A DNA stretch of 64,000 bases from Octopus vulgaris (GCA_951406725.2 OX597819.1:78430001-78494000), one strand, 5' to 3'. Positions 1-14,267 are shown, numbered from the stretch's first letter. Made by a program: numbers and translations. Notes: generated by a model from the letters alone, not told the origin.

Positions 1-408
1 AAATCTGAAAATGTAGACTGATTTTTCAATATATTAGTTTGCAGTTACTCTAACAAAAACCAGTGATATTTTAGTTAGCCAAACTCCAACGTTTGTGCTA
101 TATCGCATGTTCGGATGGCGTGCCTTCGCCAATAACGTACCTCTACTCAACTACCGAACTCTCACTTCCGACGACTCGACCCAGCAGAACTCGACGTCTA
201 GTCTACCGACGGTTACGGCTCGCTCTGAGCGACGCTTCTCGTCTAGCTATCACGCCCACTATTTATACGTATTGGACTAGCCTACTTATCGTCTGGGGGC
301 GTCCACACAACAGTCTGCAACATTATTTTGTTCCTAATATGCCCAGCTATTTTACTTGTCTGCAACCAATCTAACCACACTATTTTCTTTATCTCTCTTC
401 CTTATTCT

Positions 409-437
409 CTGACGAAGAACAAATATCCGAAACGTTA
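409..437 (+). ncRNA. Degenerate minimal hammerhead in an old PLE-like remnant (about 90-560)
   Basis: CTGACGA A GAACA AA TATCC GAAAC GTT: same CTGACGAA...GAAACGT frame as the 29026 motif, with decayed stems. Confidence 0.55.
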
Positions 438-901
438 AATTTTCCCTCATCACGGCAATTGAATTATTTAAATATTCTAGAACTTAATCGTTGCTAACGC
501 AGACAAGTACTGATACCCCAGGTTCTAGATTTTTGCTTTAATCTACACTTGAATTTAATAACACTAACCGTAATACGACCTCAGTGGTTCTGAACGGAAG
601 ACTAACGTATCTTCTTCCGGACCCCACAGGAACATGACGATAACCTACTTCAAGAAATTCTGGTAATGGCTAAATGAGCCTTAGTAAATAAGGATTTTAT
701 ATTGCTTTGTTACTAGACACGATGAATGAAAAGAAACGTGCCGTGGGAAGCTGAATGTAATCCATTATTTTAGTCATTGGAAATATTTATGGATAGGTTA
801 GCAGAGCTAATTTTAATGCAAACAGTCATCAAGCGTTACTATACACACACACACACATATATATATATATATTTGTTCATCTTACCATCACGGAGCAGTA
901 C

Positions 902-973
<72 letters not shown>

Positions 974-1714
974 AATTTTTGTACCGTCTGAAAGATCACA
1001 CACGACTGGATTCTATAAGTAGCGACCGAATGAATCATCAGCTTCGAACGAATATATTCATTCATGCATTCGTTTATTTACTCATATATACGTACATACA
1101 TATGAAAGAGAGAGCGAGAGAGATTGAATTACTTTCATAAAGAAAAAGAGTGGTCATAATTTAAATTTTCAATTACTAATTCTGGACGAAAAGGTAGGGG
1201 AGACAATTGCGACATTATAATTAATTGAAATTAAATATAGGTTTCATCGGAGAACGAAATTCGGTCCCTAGCTGTAGAATGACAACTATGGATATTTCAG
1301 TTTTATTAGACCTCATCAGCGGAGCTTTCAGAAATACTGAAGAAGATATAAGGTCTTTTGAGAATAATCACTGAGTAGTATAAAAACAAACAAAAAAATA
1401 AAGAAAAGTAAGAAAAAATGATGATTGAACGGAGGAAACGCTCAGGGACGTTTACTGCGTAAACACTTAACAGTAAAAACGTCAGCATACCCAACATACC
1501 CCAACAAACTAGCTTTCGATGTTCAAGCCGGGCAATGCGTCGTATACAATATACGTTGGTCTGCTTTCATTTCGACACCTGATGTGTCGGTTCGATGAAG
1601 GAAGTGAACTAATGTACAGACCAGATATTTGATAACTACAAACAAATCATCTGTGCAAGTTATTCAGCAAAACATTGCGGAGCTGCCAACTGTCGTTTGC
1701 AACAGAAGGGTGCA

Positions 1715-1752
<38 letters not shown>

Positions 1753-1960
1753 TACATATATGTGTGTGTATATATATATACATATATATGTGTGTCTGCC
1801 TGCGTTATATATATATGTAGCCATGTAACGTACGTAGCTTTTTAACTGATTATATATTGATAACGAATTTAATTGTAGCCATGAAACGTACATAGTTTTT
1901 TTACTGATTATATATTGATTATTCATTTTTATACTTTTTGAGATCTAGTTATATGTTTTA

Positions 1961-2672
1961 GGCAAGTAAGTGTCTTCTACTGTAGCCTCGGGTCGACCAA
2001 AGCCTTGTGAGTGGATTTGGTAGACGGAAACTGAAAGAAGCCCGTCGTATATGTGAGTATATGTTGTGTATCTGTGTTTGCCCCGCCCCCCAACATCGCT
2101 TGACAACCGACCCTGGTGTGTTTAGGTCCCCCGTAACTTAGCGGTTCCGCAAAATAGACCGAGAGAATAAGTATTAGGCTCACAAAGAATAAGCCCTGGG
2201 GTCGATTTGATTCGACTAAAGGCGGTGCTCCTGCATGGCCGCAGTCAAATGACTGAAACAAGTAAAAGAAAAAAAAGAATATATATATTTATATATAGAG
2301 ACGCAGGAGTGGCTGTGTGGTAAGTAGCTTGCTAACCAACCACACGGTTGCGGGTTCAGTCCCACTGCGTGGCATCTTGGGCAGGTGTCTTCTGCTATAG
2401 CCCCGGGCCGACCAATGCCTTGTGAGTGGATTTGGTAGACGGAAACTGAAAGAAGCCTGTCGTATATATGTATATATATGTATGTGTGTGTGATTGTGTG
2501 TCTGTGTTTGTCCCCCTAGCATTGCTTGACAACCGATGCTGGTGTGTTTGCGTCCCCGTCACTTAGCGGTTCGGCAAAAAGAGACCGATAGAATAAGTAC
2601 TAAAAAGGTGGTGCTCCAGCATGGCCGCAGTCAAAATGACTGAAACAAGTAAAAGAGTAAAAGAGTAAAGAG
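1961..2672 (+). mobile_element. Two adjacent copies of SINE family A (tRNA-derived head, CORE-like ACCTTGGGCAAGTG segment, internal TA/TG microsatellite, GTAAAAGA tail)
   Basis: 5'-truncated copy 1961-2278 and copy 2299-2672 with an internal deletion; matches many other copies in the window. Confidence 0.9.
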
Positions 2673-2688
2673 TATATATGTATGTATG

Positions 2689-2738
<50 letters not shown>

Positions 2739-3118
2739 CATACATACAAAATGGAGTAATAACACTCATATGATGGATGAATGTTGTTTTGTTGAGACAA
2801 GGTAAAATGGCAAGAACGTGCATTTGGTTGAGAAGTGTTGAAAATTTAAGTCTATGATAATGTGAAAGAAATTTTTGACATACGCCTATCATGTCTAACT
2901 TTCTGTCGTTATTGTTCCTTATTTCTCTCTCTCCTCTCCCCTCCATCTCTGCCGTTATAAACACTAAGCAACTCGAAGAGCCTGGCTGTTTCCCTCTTAG
3001 TGTTATGTGTGAGAGGCACGACAGGAGAGGTGGGGTGAGGCAATACAAGATAAGAATAACATTGTAAACATTCTCTCCTAGTTTCCACTGACGTTGTGTG
3101 GGATTTAGTCTTGAAATG

Positions 3119-3191
<73 letters not shown>

Positions 3192-3349
3192 AATGACTTC
3201 TGAGTATTGTGGTTTGGTATGGTTTTATTTTTATAAGAAGGCCCAACTACTAGGCATTTGACTATGCAGTTAGATGCTCATTTGCTGAAATTAACAAGAC
3301 AGCTCCATCATACATGTGTGTGTGTGTTTACATACATACACACACACAT

Positions 3350-3381
<32 letters not shown>

Positions 3382-3382
3382 G

Positions 3383-3652
3383 TGGAGGCACAATGGCCCA
3401 GTGGTTAGGGCAGCGGACTCGCGGTCGTAGGATCGTGGTTTCGATTCCCAGACCGGGCGTTATGAGTGTTTATTGAGCGAAAACACCTAAAAGCTCCACG
3501 AGTCTCTGGCAGGGGGGGGGGGTGATCCCTGCTGTACTCTTTCTTCTGTGGGCCTGCTCGCTTAGCCAGCATCATTCGAAGGCTAAAACAATGCGAACGC
3601 ATTGTGACCAGCGATGTGTAACAACGTCTGATGGTCTGGTCGGTCACGTGAT

Positions 3653-3660
<8 letters not shown>
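3383..3660 (+). mobile_element. tRNA-derived SINE family D (CephSINE-like), ending in an ATCACGTG repeat
   Basis: TGGCCCAGTGG A-box and GTTTCGATTCC B-box; head shared with 44622-44748. The family name is from recall. Confidence 0.75.
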
Positions 3661-3690
<30 letters not shown>

Positions 3691-4092
3691 TAGATAGATA
3701 AATATCGCCACCTTTACCTAATTTACATAAAATTCGCAGAGAGAGAAAGAAAGAGAGAAAGAGAGAGCTGGAGGTAGAGAAGTGGACAACAATGAAAAGA
3801 GAAAGGACAACAAGAAACGTAGAAATATCTCTCATCAGCCGTGTATATCGGATTTCGTCATGATTTCATCACTAAAATACCGTACGTTCGTCTGGCAATG
3901 GTTATAAAGAACATTAGCAACAACAACAATAATAATGTGTTCCATCAAGTGGTATGAACAGCAATCTTTGGCAAGTGGCAGAGGATGATCAGGGGAAGCT
4001 CATGGGATATACCGATCAGGGGAAGATCATGGGATATACCGATATAGAAATGTCACATAGATAAAATTAGGGGGACTTTAGTGAACAGCAAC

Positions 4093-4142
<50 letters not shown>

Positions 4143-5221
4143 TGATGATGATGATGATGATGATAATTTTTAACATTGGTACAATTTCACCCATTTCTGG
4201 GCTAGACGGAGAGTACTTGACTCATTTTTTATTTTATCGACTATAGAAGGACGTATGGCAATATTGACCGTGACGAGGTTTCACTGCTGAATCTAAAGGA
4301 GTATAATTAAAACATTTTAAGTAGTATATTGCTTTTAATTATTCTCTTGATCCCGTATAAATTTAATTATTCTAATTAATCATCTGGCACCTAATGAAAT
4401 AGAAGAAAAATACAAAAATACGTAGGTTAGAACAGTGACTTTGCAAGAATGTTTGGTGGGGTGATGGGCCTATAGAGACGATGTATATAATCTTGTGGTG
4501 TATGTAGGCTGTGAGGAAAGTGGGGCGTGTAAGTTGAATGGAATTTGGTAGGCGTTGCAGCAATTAGAATTTTAGAAACGGAAAGGACATTGTGATATAT
4601 ATGAAAAGAGGTGTACGATGAGCCACTGTAATGTAGCTGTTTCCTATTTGAAAACTTAATTTTCGTTCATGTTAAATTGATAGAATGCGTAACAAGAGTA
4701 TTTTTGCCGTAAATTGGGACGGCCGTTATGCCAATACGAGACACACGCACTGGTTTTATAACACCTCTTTTTATTATCATCAGTCAACCAAACCATTTAA
4801 CCAATTAATTACTCGATTGTTTGAGTGATCGTTCGGTCGGTCAATCAATCAACAATCAATCTGCTTGGTTTGCCGGAGCACTTTCGTCACCATTCGCCAC
4901 CTTATCGATAGTTTGTCCTCCCTACTCTTGATCTATTACGAGCATATTGGAATAATGACCCTCCCAAGATACAACAAAATGCATTTCAACGAGTGATTTC
5001 ACATCAAGAATCTTAGAAATCAAATACAGCAGCAAACATGCTTGATAATAAAAGCAGAAATCTAGCGAGGTGTGTATACATACACACACGTATATATATA
5101 TTATCATTATTAATTAGAACAGTTTGATCCTATTCCATGAAACTTAAACTGTTTCAAATAATACATGTAACACCCACTAAACGTGTTGAGTACCCTTTTC
5201 TTTCGGTTGCCCACTCACTCA

Positions 5222-5260
<39 letters not shown>

Positions 5261-5266
<6 letters not shown>

Positions 5267-5555
5267 GTCTGGGGAGAGTCATTCTCTTTTAGTGTCTTAT
5301 TTTTTTAACACACTCTCCGGTTCGATTTCCACTCATTTAATTTTTTTTTTTTGGTAGCATCTTGCAACGACTATTGAAAAGGTTGCAAGAAGTAAGGAAA
5401 ATTTTAGAAAAAATAAGTAAGTAAATGAGTGGAAATCGAATCAGTGAGTGTGTTAAATAATAAGGCACTAAAAGAGAATGACTCTCCCCAGACACAATAA
5501 AATATGCTTCAACACACGAATTCATATAAAGAATCTTGCAAACAAAATACAAAAA
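5261..5555. mobile_element. Inverted-duplicated insert in microsatellite (PLE-like terminal fragment)
   Basis: 5261-5339 is an imperfect reverse complement of 5422-5499; a diverged relative lies at about 4960-5060. Confidence 0.65.
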
Positions 5556-6126
5556 CGATGTGTGTGTGTGTGTGTGTGTGTGTGTATAATATTAATTTTT
5601 TGCCTCATATTTATCACGCATAACTTTTTACATGTAATCCTTATTTATATGTGATTTTATATATATTTTTTATGCTTTTATATTTCTCCTATATTTTTAC
5701 GTATGTTTGGTTTTATTGTTTATACCCTTTGAGAATCTTTACGCCTGTATTTGCATGATTTATGTTGATGTGTATAAATATATATGATTCAATCACATTG
5801 ATTGAATATCTTCATTTATGCATTCGGGAATCTGGTTGACTGCCTAGGATTTGCGTTTTCATTTCCCTCTACTTTGTATTATATATATATGTATATATAT
5901 ATATATGCTCAGGAATATGGTTTAACTTAACAAACATCTGGCGATTGTACTTGAGGAGTCTTCATTTGCTAGTGTTGCTGAAACACTACTGAAGCAACAT
6001 AATAAATTTAACGTATCTATTATATATTTCCGTAATTATCTACTGTCAAAGCGAAGATGAAACAACTGCAGAGTCATGCAAAAAAAGTGTGTTTGCTAAA
6101 TTCAATCTCTCCTGTTTATATATATA

Positions 6127-6636
6127 CTAGCAGTATCGCCCGGCGTTGCTCGGGTTTGTAAGGGAAATAACTATATAAGCATTTTTAGAGAGTTACTTCC
6201 CTTCTAGATGCCAATTCGGGCTTTCTTAGCCATTTCTGTTTTGGTGTCTTCAAGCCATGAAGTCGTTGTTCTAAAAGAACGCTGGTCTCTTTGACAACGC
6301 ATTACGACGTTGATTTCCTTAAACTCCCTTCCCCACAGCTTCACGAGAGAGGGAAGAAGGGGGAGAAGCAAACAAGTGCAGGTGTGACCATGGACGCCAA
6401 CTCCGCCGCCATCGACACACGAAAAATTATGCATTAAAATGGAATAAAAAATGATGTTAAATTATTTTTAAAATCGTAGACTCATCGTAGACGCGCGCTA
6501 ATACACAGACGGGCTCGATATGAATCACGACTATAAGATACCCGAATTTGGTTAAACTGCACCGCAAAATGTGGGAGTAGTTAGGAATCTAAATCGAAGG
6601 GGACAGATACTCACACAACTACAGTTTTATATATAT
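6127..6636 (-). mobile_element. Non-autonomous Helitron-like element, copy 1
   Basis: Minus-strand 3' end: hairpin CCCGAGCAACGCCGGG, spacer, CTAG|T; inserted in (TA)n; no TIR or TSD. Confidence 0.8.
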
Positions 6637-6637
6637 A

Positions 6638-7128
6638 CTAGCAGTATCGCCCGGCGTTGCTCGGGTTTGTAAGGGAAATAACAATATAAGCATTTTTAGA
6701 GAGTTACTTCCCTTATAAATTCGGGCTTTCTTAGCCATTTTTGTTTTGGTGTTTTCAAGCCATGAAGTCGTTGTTCTAAAAGAACGCTGGTTTCCTTCAC
6801 AACGCATTACGACGTTGATTTCTTTACACTCCCTTCCCCACAGCTTCACGAGGGAGGGAAGGGGGAGAAGCAAACAGGTGCAGCTGTGAGCGTGGACGCC
6901 AACTCCGCCGCCATCGACACACGATGCATTTTATGCATTAAAATGGAATAAAAAATGATGTTAAATTATTTTTAAAATCGTAGACTCATCGTTGACGCGC
7001 GCTAATAGTCAGACGGGCTCGATATGAATCACGACTATAAGATACCCGGTTTTGGTTAAACTGCACCGCAAAATGTGGGAGGAGTTAGGAATCTAAATCG
7101 AAGGGGACAGACACTCACACAACTAGAG

Positions 7129-7135
<7 letters not shown>
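6638..7135 (-). mobile_element. Non-autonomous Helitron-like element, copy 2 (head-to-tail with copy 1)
   Basis: Direct repeat of 6127-6636 with scattered substitutions and small indels. Confidence 0.8.
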
Positions 7136-7179
<44 letters not shown>

Positions 7180-7493
7180 GTTAGCACTGGCATATATTCA
7201 AGGCCGAAGTATTCATCACCCTGCCGATAAGAAACTATCCGTTGCATTGTAGTATGAATTATGAGGCGAGTTTTGTACAAGAGATTATAAAAGATTGCAC
7301 CCAAAGACTCATTCATTAGCACACAGTAGCCGTTGTTGTGGTGATAGCAGAGTAAGATAGTTTATAAGTAGCAAGTTACAAGCAATGGCGTACCTGAGTC
7401 TTTGTGTGCGAGTGTGCGCGTGTATATTGCATAAGTTACATCATACATACGAACTCATATGCACTCACACATATAAGGACGGTGTTTCCTATA

Positions 7494-7993
7494 CTGTATT
7501 TTTCGGCATGTGAGGACACATGGCCTAGTGGATAGGGTGTTGCACTTACGACCATGAGATGGTGCTTTCAATTGCTGGACTGTGTTGTGTTCTTGCGCAA
7601 AACACTACATCTCACGTTGTTCTTGCGATCACTTCGACATCTGACGTGTGGTACACTTTGCACCTCTTCAGGCAACGACGATATGATGGAGAGAGTGTAC
7701 ATACGTTGGATCGTTATAGACAAAATCATTTTGTGCAGGTTGTAGAGCAAGAAATTGTAGAATCGTCTTTCTAGGTCTACAAGACACGACCATCATCATC
7801 ATCAGTTTCCAGTATACGAATAGAATTTTTCAGGACAAAATTCACACACCAAAGGACGGGTCGACTTATACACCAAGACGACTTTTAGAGGACCAAAAAT
7901 CTCATGCGAAATGCAGTAGGATTAGGAAAGAAAGTGACGATATTTGAATGTTTATACTATAAACTTGGTGGACTTATATGCTGGAGAACATAG
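7494..7993. mobile_element. Old Tc2-like MITE interrupted by a tRNA-SINE (about 7511-7745)
   Basis: Degenerate ends CTGTATTTTTCGGCAT / ATGCTGGAGAACATAG and internal GTCGACTTATACAC motif. Confidence 0.45.
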
Positions 7994-8224
7994 TTTACAT
8001 GTACATATATAACATAGATATTATTATTTTGCGATGAATGTGAATACGCTCACGCGCACTTGCATTCGCAAAAGTGTGTGTATCGTATGTATTAGCGTAT
8101 TTGACTGTGTCTGTGTGTGAATGTGTGCTTTTGTGTGAGTGTGTGCTTGTGTGTGAGTGAGTGCTTGTGTCTGTGCATGCGTGCGCACGTCTGCGCGTAG
8201 CTTTATACGTAAGGGTGAACGTAC

Positions 8225-8264
<40 letters not shown>

Positions 8265-8604
8265 TTGTGTGCGCTTACTGTCATTGTTTAGCCCCAGGTT
8301 AGTCAAGATAGAATAAAACTACGACCAAAGATATCCCAGCCGTAGCAATCATGTCCTTTCCTAACACTCTATATAAACTTCACAATAGAAAACAAAAGAC
8401 ATTTGTCCAAGGTGCCACGCAGTGGAACTGAAACCGGAATCATGTGGTTGGGAAGCAAACTTTTTACTATAGAGCTACACATAAAAGGCAAAGATAAAAT
8501 CTCAAAGCGACAGAAGCAACGAAAGAGATGTAGACGCTTCGAGCATGTCAGTTCGAAACCTAATTGGATTACGTTCAGCATATCTGAATTATAAATGTAA
8601 GATA

Positions 8605-8698
<94 letters not shown>

Positions 8699-8835
8699 AA
8701 GAGAGAGAGAGAAGGAGGTGAAAGAATATTTGGCCTTTCAAGGTTCGAGTCTTTGTACAGAGAACGGAACTGGCAATTTCTTATCTCGGTGGAAGTTGCA
8801 GATTTTTCTTGTTGGCATCTGCTTTCTGGTCAAAC

Positions 8836-8868
<33 letters not shown>

Positions 8869-8871
8869 TAT

Positions 8872-8929
<58 letters not shown>

Positions 8930-8964
8930 CCATACAGACACATGCATCCGTATGTGTGTGTGTG

Positions 8965-9003
<39 letters not shown>

Positions 9004-9018
9004 GTAAGTATATATATT

Positions 9019-9069
<51 letters not shown>

Positions 9070-9630
9070 TGTGGTGATGGTCGGGGAATCGCTTTCAAAA
9101 TTATCTAAAAACTAAACAGATCTGAGCGTTAACGATGAAGCGGCGGCGGCGTTGATGGTGAGAACGGCAACGGCGCCGAACAAGGATATAAGCAATGTGT
9201 TGGTTGATGGTGGACAAGACAGCACTAGGGAGAGGAGGCGGTGGTCGTCAGCTACTGACTACATTATCAGCCACAGATTGAAGTTAGTGATGTGTGGGGA
9301 GTAGGTGTTAGGTGGCGGTCGGCGGTGGATAAACTGAAGTTCAAACCGAGATATCAACATGTCTTAAGATCTTCCAAGAAATGTAGCTAAACAGAATCGG
9401 TAGAGTGCTGTAGTAAATTAAATGGTTCTTGGCAGCATTTTAGCTTTATGTTATTTGATGCTCCCTGAGTTCAAATTTCGCTTGAAGTCAATTAGTATTT
9501 CGTTTAACCTGGGTCGATTAATAATGAATTACAGAGGAGCCATTCTTGCTGTGACAACCTAAGACACAAATTATGAAATATTTGAAATATTTTGAAAGTT
9601 TTCAAGAATTGTTACCGATTCCTTTTTCAC

Positions 9631-9804
9631 AGGCGCAGGAGTGGCTGTGTGGTAAGTAGCTTGCTTACCAGCCACATTGTTCCGGGTTCAGTCTCACTGC
9701 GTGGCACCTTGGGCAAGTGTCTTCTACTATAGTCTCAGGTCGACCAAAGACTTGTGAGTGGATTTGGTAGACAGAAACTGAAAGAAGCCCGTCGTATATA
9801 TGTA

Positions 9805-9881
<77 letters not shown>

Positions 9882-10078
9882 CTGTGTGTTTGTCCCCCCC
9901 AACATCGCTTGACAACCGATGCTGGTGTGATTACGTCCCCGTAACTTAGCGGTTCTGCAAAAGAGACCGATAGAATAAGTACTAGGCTTACAAAGAATAA
10001 GTCCTGGGGTCTATTTGCTCGACTAAAGGCGGTCCTCCAGTATGGCCGCAGTCAAATGACTGAACGAAGTAAAAGAGT
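9631..10078 (+). mobile_element. SINE family A, full length
   Basis: AGGCGCAGGAGTGGCTGTGTGGTAAG ... GGTTCAGTC ... GTAAAAGAG. Confidence 0.92.
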
Positions 10079-10142
10079 GAAGTTTGACTAATTTTTATTT
10101 GCCCGGAATGTATGTTGCATTTTTTGAAGACGATTCCAAAAA

Positions 10143-11492
10143 TGTGACGTATGTGACACAGCACAAAATAACTTTTTTCCATCTGAAAAATATTAATTGG
10201 TAAATCTTCTGAATTTCTCCAAGGCAGTATAAAAAGCCTTATAGTTTTTATTTACATTAACCTTGAAATTTAAAAAAAAATGCTTATGAGTTTACTGAAC
10301 GACAACGTCTGCGGTCACAATTTTCGACCCCAGGACTTATTCTTTATAAGCCTAGTACTTATTCTATCGGTCTCTTTTGCCGAACCGCTAAGTTACGGAG
10401 ACCTAGATACACCAGCATCGGTTGTCAAGCGATGACAAACATGGATATGACATTTTGAAGACAAAAATTTTGTATCTTCCAAAAAGTGTGTGCCTAGAGG
10501 AAATTGTCCCAATATCGAAAACGAACCATTTGAACATATTTTTACAGGTATAAAGATATTTTCGGGGGGCATTCTAAAAATTTTTTGAAACCTGTTTTGG
10601 TTTAACTTACATGACCATAGCCCAGCAACTGTTGCTGTTTAACTTCTGGTCAGCACTGATTGAGCCAGATCTACGTATGTTTAAAGACGTTCCAGCTATG
10701 ACCATTCCGGCTTTTATTCAGGAACTGAGGACACATCATCTAATGAGTAATGTTTTTCTACTTTTAGACAGCATGTAGTTCGAGGAAAATTGGATGCTGT
10801 TTCTTGTAGGTAAAACGGACACGTGGGGGTTTCCATCGCTGGTTCGAATACATACATATCTTGAGGTAAATATAAATTAAATAATACATCTTCCCAGAGA
10901 CAGATAACTACCAAATAAATATATATTTCGTGCCAAATAAATATGTATTTCATATTTTGACACTGCGGTGTCAAAAATTTCGAAAATATAAAAATTTCGG
11001 AAATATAAAAATTTCGAAAATATAAAAATTTCGAAAATATAAAAATTTCGGAAATATAAAAAATGTTAAAGAGTGTTGAGTTCCGTAATAAAAGACATCT
11101 AAATAGACTGGGACATTCTCATAAAAGTTAAACCAAATTAGAAAGCCTGTTAAAAAAAAAAAAAATCACAATATACCTGTAAAGGTATGTTGAAATCATT
11201 TTCTACAAGATACCGATATTGAGGCAATTTCTTCCAGATCTTACACGTCTTTCACATGAAGCTGTCTTGTCACGTACGTCACACCAGATAAATGAGAATT
11301 GTGACCATAGGTAAACACGAGAGTATATATATATTTTTTGAAATTTCAAGGTCAATGTAAATAAACACCAGGATGTTTTATTTATTTATTTTTTTAATTG
11401 ATGTTCCAGAGAAATTCGGGTGGGTGGATGGGTTAGCATTTAATTGGCTTGAGATGCAAAAAGTTATTTTGTGCGGTATCACGTACGTCACA
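10143..11492. mobile_element. Old DNA-transposon-derived region with TGTGACGTACGTGA termini and a roughly 140-bp inverted repeat
   Basis: 10143-10280 aligns to the reverse complement of 11335-11492; an extra terminal motif lies at 11268-11283; nested SINE fragments inside. Confidence 0.55.
10975..11063. repeat. 17-bp minisatellite AAAATTTCG(A/G)AAATATA x5
   Basis: Direct inspection. Confidence 0.9.
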
Positions 11493-11679
11493 CTTTTTGG
11501 ATCCTCTTCAAAAAATTCAACATACATTACAGGTAAAGCAAAGAAAGAAAAAAAAAAGATTGCTTAATATTGCCTAGGATGCTAAGCTTTACTGTGAAAA
11601 TGAATAAGTAAAATTCTTGTTTGAGATTTATAATTGAGATATTTCATAATTTGTGTCTCTGACTGCCAGTGATGGCACT

Positions 11680-12062
11680 ACTGGTCAGGCAATTCCGTGA
11701 GGAATGACATCAAGTGGTCAGTTAATTCTAAGGTAAACGACACCTAGTGGTCAAACAATTCTGATGTAAACGACAACTAGTGGTCAGTCAGTTCTGATGT
11801 AAACGACAACTAGTGGTCAGTCAGTTCTGATGTAAACGACATCTAATGGTTAGTTAATCCTAATGTAAACGACAACTAGTGGTCAGTTAATTCTGATGTA
11901 AACGACGTCTAGTGGTCAGTTAATTTTGACTTAAACGAAGTCTAATGGTCAGTTAATTCTAATGTAAATGACAAGTGGTCAGTTAATTCTATGATGAACG
12001 CTGTCTAGTTCTAAGACAAACGAAACCTACTGGTCATTCAGTTTTGAGATGGACGACATCTA
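11680..12062. repeat. 33-bp minisatellite CTAGTGGTCAGT(T/C)A(A/G)TTCTGATGTAAACGACAA, about 11 copies
   Basis: Best-conserved units in the centre, degenerate at the edges. Confidence 0.9.
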
Positions 12063-12250
12063 ATATATAGACAAAATTTTCAGGTAGTCTGTGCCTTTGA
12101 CTGTCCACCAGATAGTGTTCACCTGTACAACTAAAGAGGATCAGTCAATTTAGTGGTCAAGCAAGTTTTGTTAACATCCGACAGTCAACATGCTTCTCCA
12201 CAGAATGATTCTGTGATCGAGAACGTCAAAATCATGGTGGAAGTTATCAG

Positions 12251-12281
<31 letters not shown>

Positions 12282-12731
12282 TGAGCAGGTTTTTGGGGAT
12301 TAGAAATACCTAAATCAACACTTAAGTACATCCTATTAAGGGGATCAAGGATAATCTAAAATACTAGGAACTTTCAGTTAGCAGTTATATGCATATATAC
12401 ATATCGAAGTGAACGGTGAAGACTATCAAAGGGAGAAGCGACGGAAATCAAAAGAACAGTTACGAATATGTCAAGGACATCCATTCAGTAAGTGAACAGG
12501 TTACCGCGCTTTTCGGCGTACAAGTCGACGTTGTACATAGTGTAAACATGTAGACATTCAAACATTGTCACTATCTTTGCAAAACCTGCTGCATTTCGCA
12601 TGCAATTTGTCTTCTAAAGTCATCTTGATGAATAAGTCTACCTACCGTCGAGGTGGTGGGGACGACAGGATGTAAATTTTGAAACTGGTTAGAAGTGAAG
12701 GGGCAAGATGAAACAAATCCACACTCACACA

Positions 12732-12763
<32 letters not shown>

Positions 12764-13610
12764 TTATTCAGTTTTAGTTCGAGATTTCTTACCAATAGAG
12801 AAAGAGCCGCTTTCTAACATAGATCCAAGGTTCCTTCAGTGGAATTCCACCATCAACAACAGGGTATTTTTGTACGCATGTATGTACGTATGTATGTACG
12901 TACGTATGTACGTACGTACGTACGTATGTATGTATGTATGTGTGTGTGTGTGTATGTATCTATGTATGTATATATGTATGTATGTATGTATACGAGGAGA
13001 TTTGTTGTATGTTTACATATATATATATGACTACAAACACACAATCGCTTCACGCCAATGTATTCGTCCAATCATATGTACGTAGATGTATTTCCACATC
13101 CTTTCCTGTACGTAAAAAAATGTGTGTGTGTGTGTGTGCGCGCATGTGTAAGAGTATTCGTAACAATAACATGCACACACGGACATATGTATGTGGCAAT
13201 AAGACGTGTGTGTGTGTGTGTGCGCGCATCTACGCACACATGTCTTCAATAGTATATTTTTCTTTGACATAACAGGTAGTAGTAGGAGGAGGGGAAGAAA
13301 GTGCACATAGTGACGTAATGAGTGAAAAAGTGGGTGGATGGGTGTTGAGGGGGTGGAAATGACATTATGTGGGCGAGATAGGAAGTGGGAGGGATAGAGA
13401 GGAACTGGGATGAAACGAGAAGTGGAAGGAATTGTGGTGGCGGTGGTAGTAATGGGAGGAGGAGGAAGTTGATGGTGAAATGACAAGAGAATGGTTGGAA
13501 GGGAGATAAGATATGTGGTTGGTGGTTGGACTGCAAAGACTGTTGTTGCAGAGTTATAGAATGACGTTGATAAAGTACGACTGACATGTGTGCATGTGTA
13601 TGTGTGCGTA

Positions 13611-13642
<32 letters not shown>

Positions 13643-13878
13643 GGAGGGAGAGAAAGAGAGAGAATAAGGGTTTGTGAGGGGGGAGGACGGAATGGAGAAG
13701 GCAGTAAAAGAAAAAGAAACGCAATGATTGTGAAACGTGAGTTCGAGATTTCAATTCGTACCATTGTCGTTTATTTGTCCCTTGATATTAATTTCAAATT
13801 TTGGCACAAGGCTAGCAATTTCGGAGGAGGGGATTAAGTCGATTACATCAGCCCCAGTGGTTACTCCTTACTCTTCAC

Positions 13879-14267
13879 TCTTTTATTCTTTTACTTGTTT
13901 CAGTCATTTGACTGCGGCCATGCTGGAGCACCGCCTTTAGTCGAGCAAATCGAACCCAGGACTTATTCTTTGTAAGCCTAGTACTTATTCTATCGGTCTC
14001 TTTTGCCGAACAGCTAAGTTACGGGGACCTAAACCCACCAGCATCGGTTGTCAACTGATGTTGGGGGGACAAACACAAACACACACACATATATACATAT
14101 ATACGATGGGCTTCTTTCAGTTTCCGTCTATCAAATCCACTCACAAGGCTTTGGTCGGCCCAAGGCTATAGTAGAAGACACTTGCCCAAGGTTCCACGCA
14201 GTGGGACTGAACCCGGAACCACGTGGTTGGTAAGCAAGCTACTTACCACACAGCCACTCCTGTGCCT
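13879..14267 (-). mobile_element. SINE family A, nested in a minus-strand family B SINE (about 13795-14411)
   Basis: Reverse complement of the family A consensus, with family B sequence on both sides. Confidence 0.9.

Noticed and set aside
3383-3460. Possible tRNA gene
   Set aside because: A/B boxes are present but the acceptor stem is incomplete and the sequence continues into a SINE body found again at 44622-44748.
11680-12062. CRISPR-like periodic array
   Set aside because: Contiguous tandem units with no unique spacers, eukaryotic context and no cas genes.
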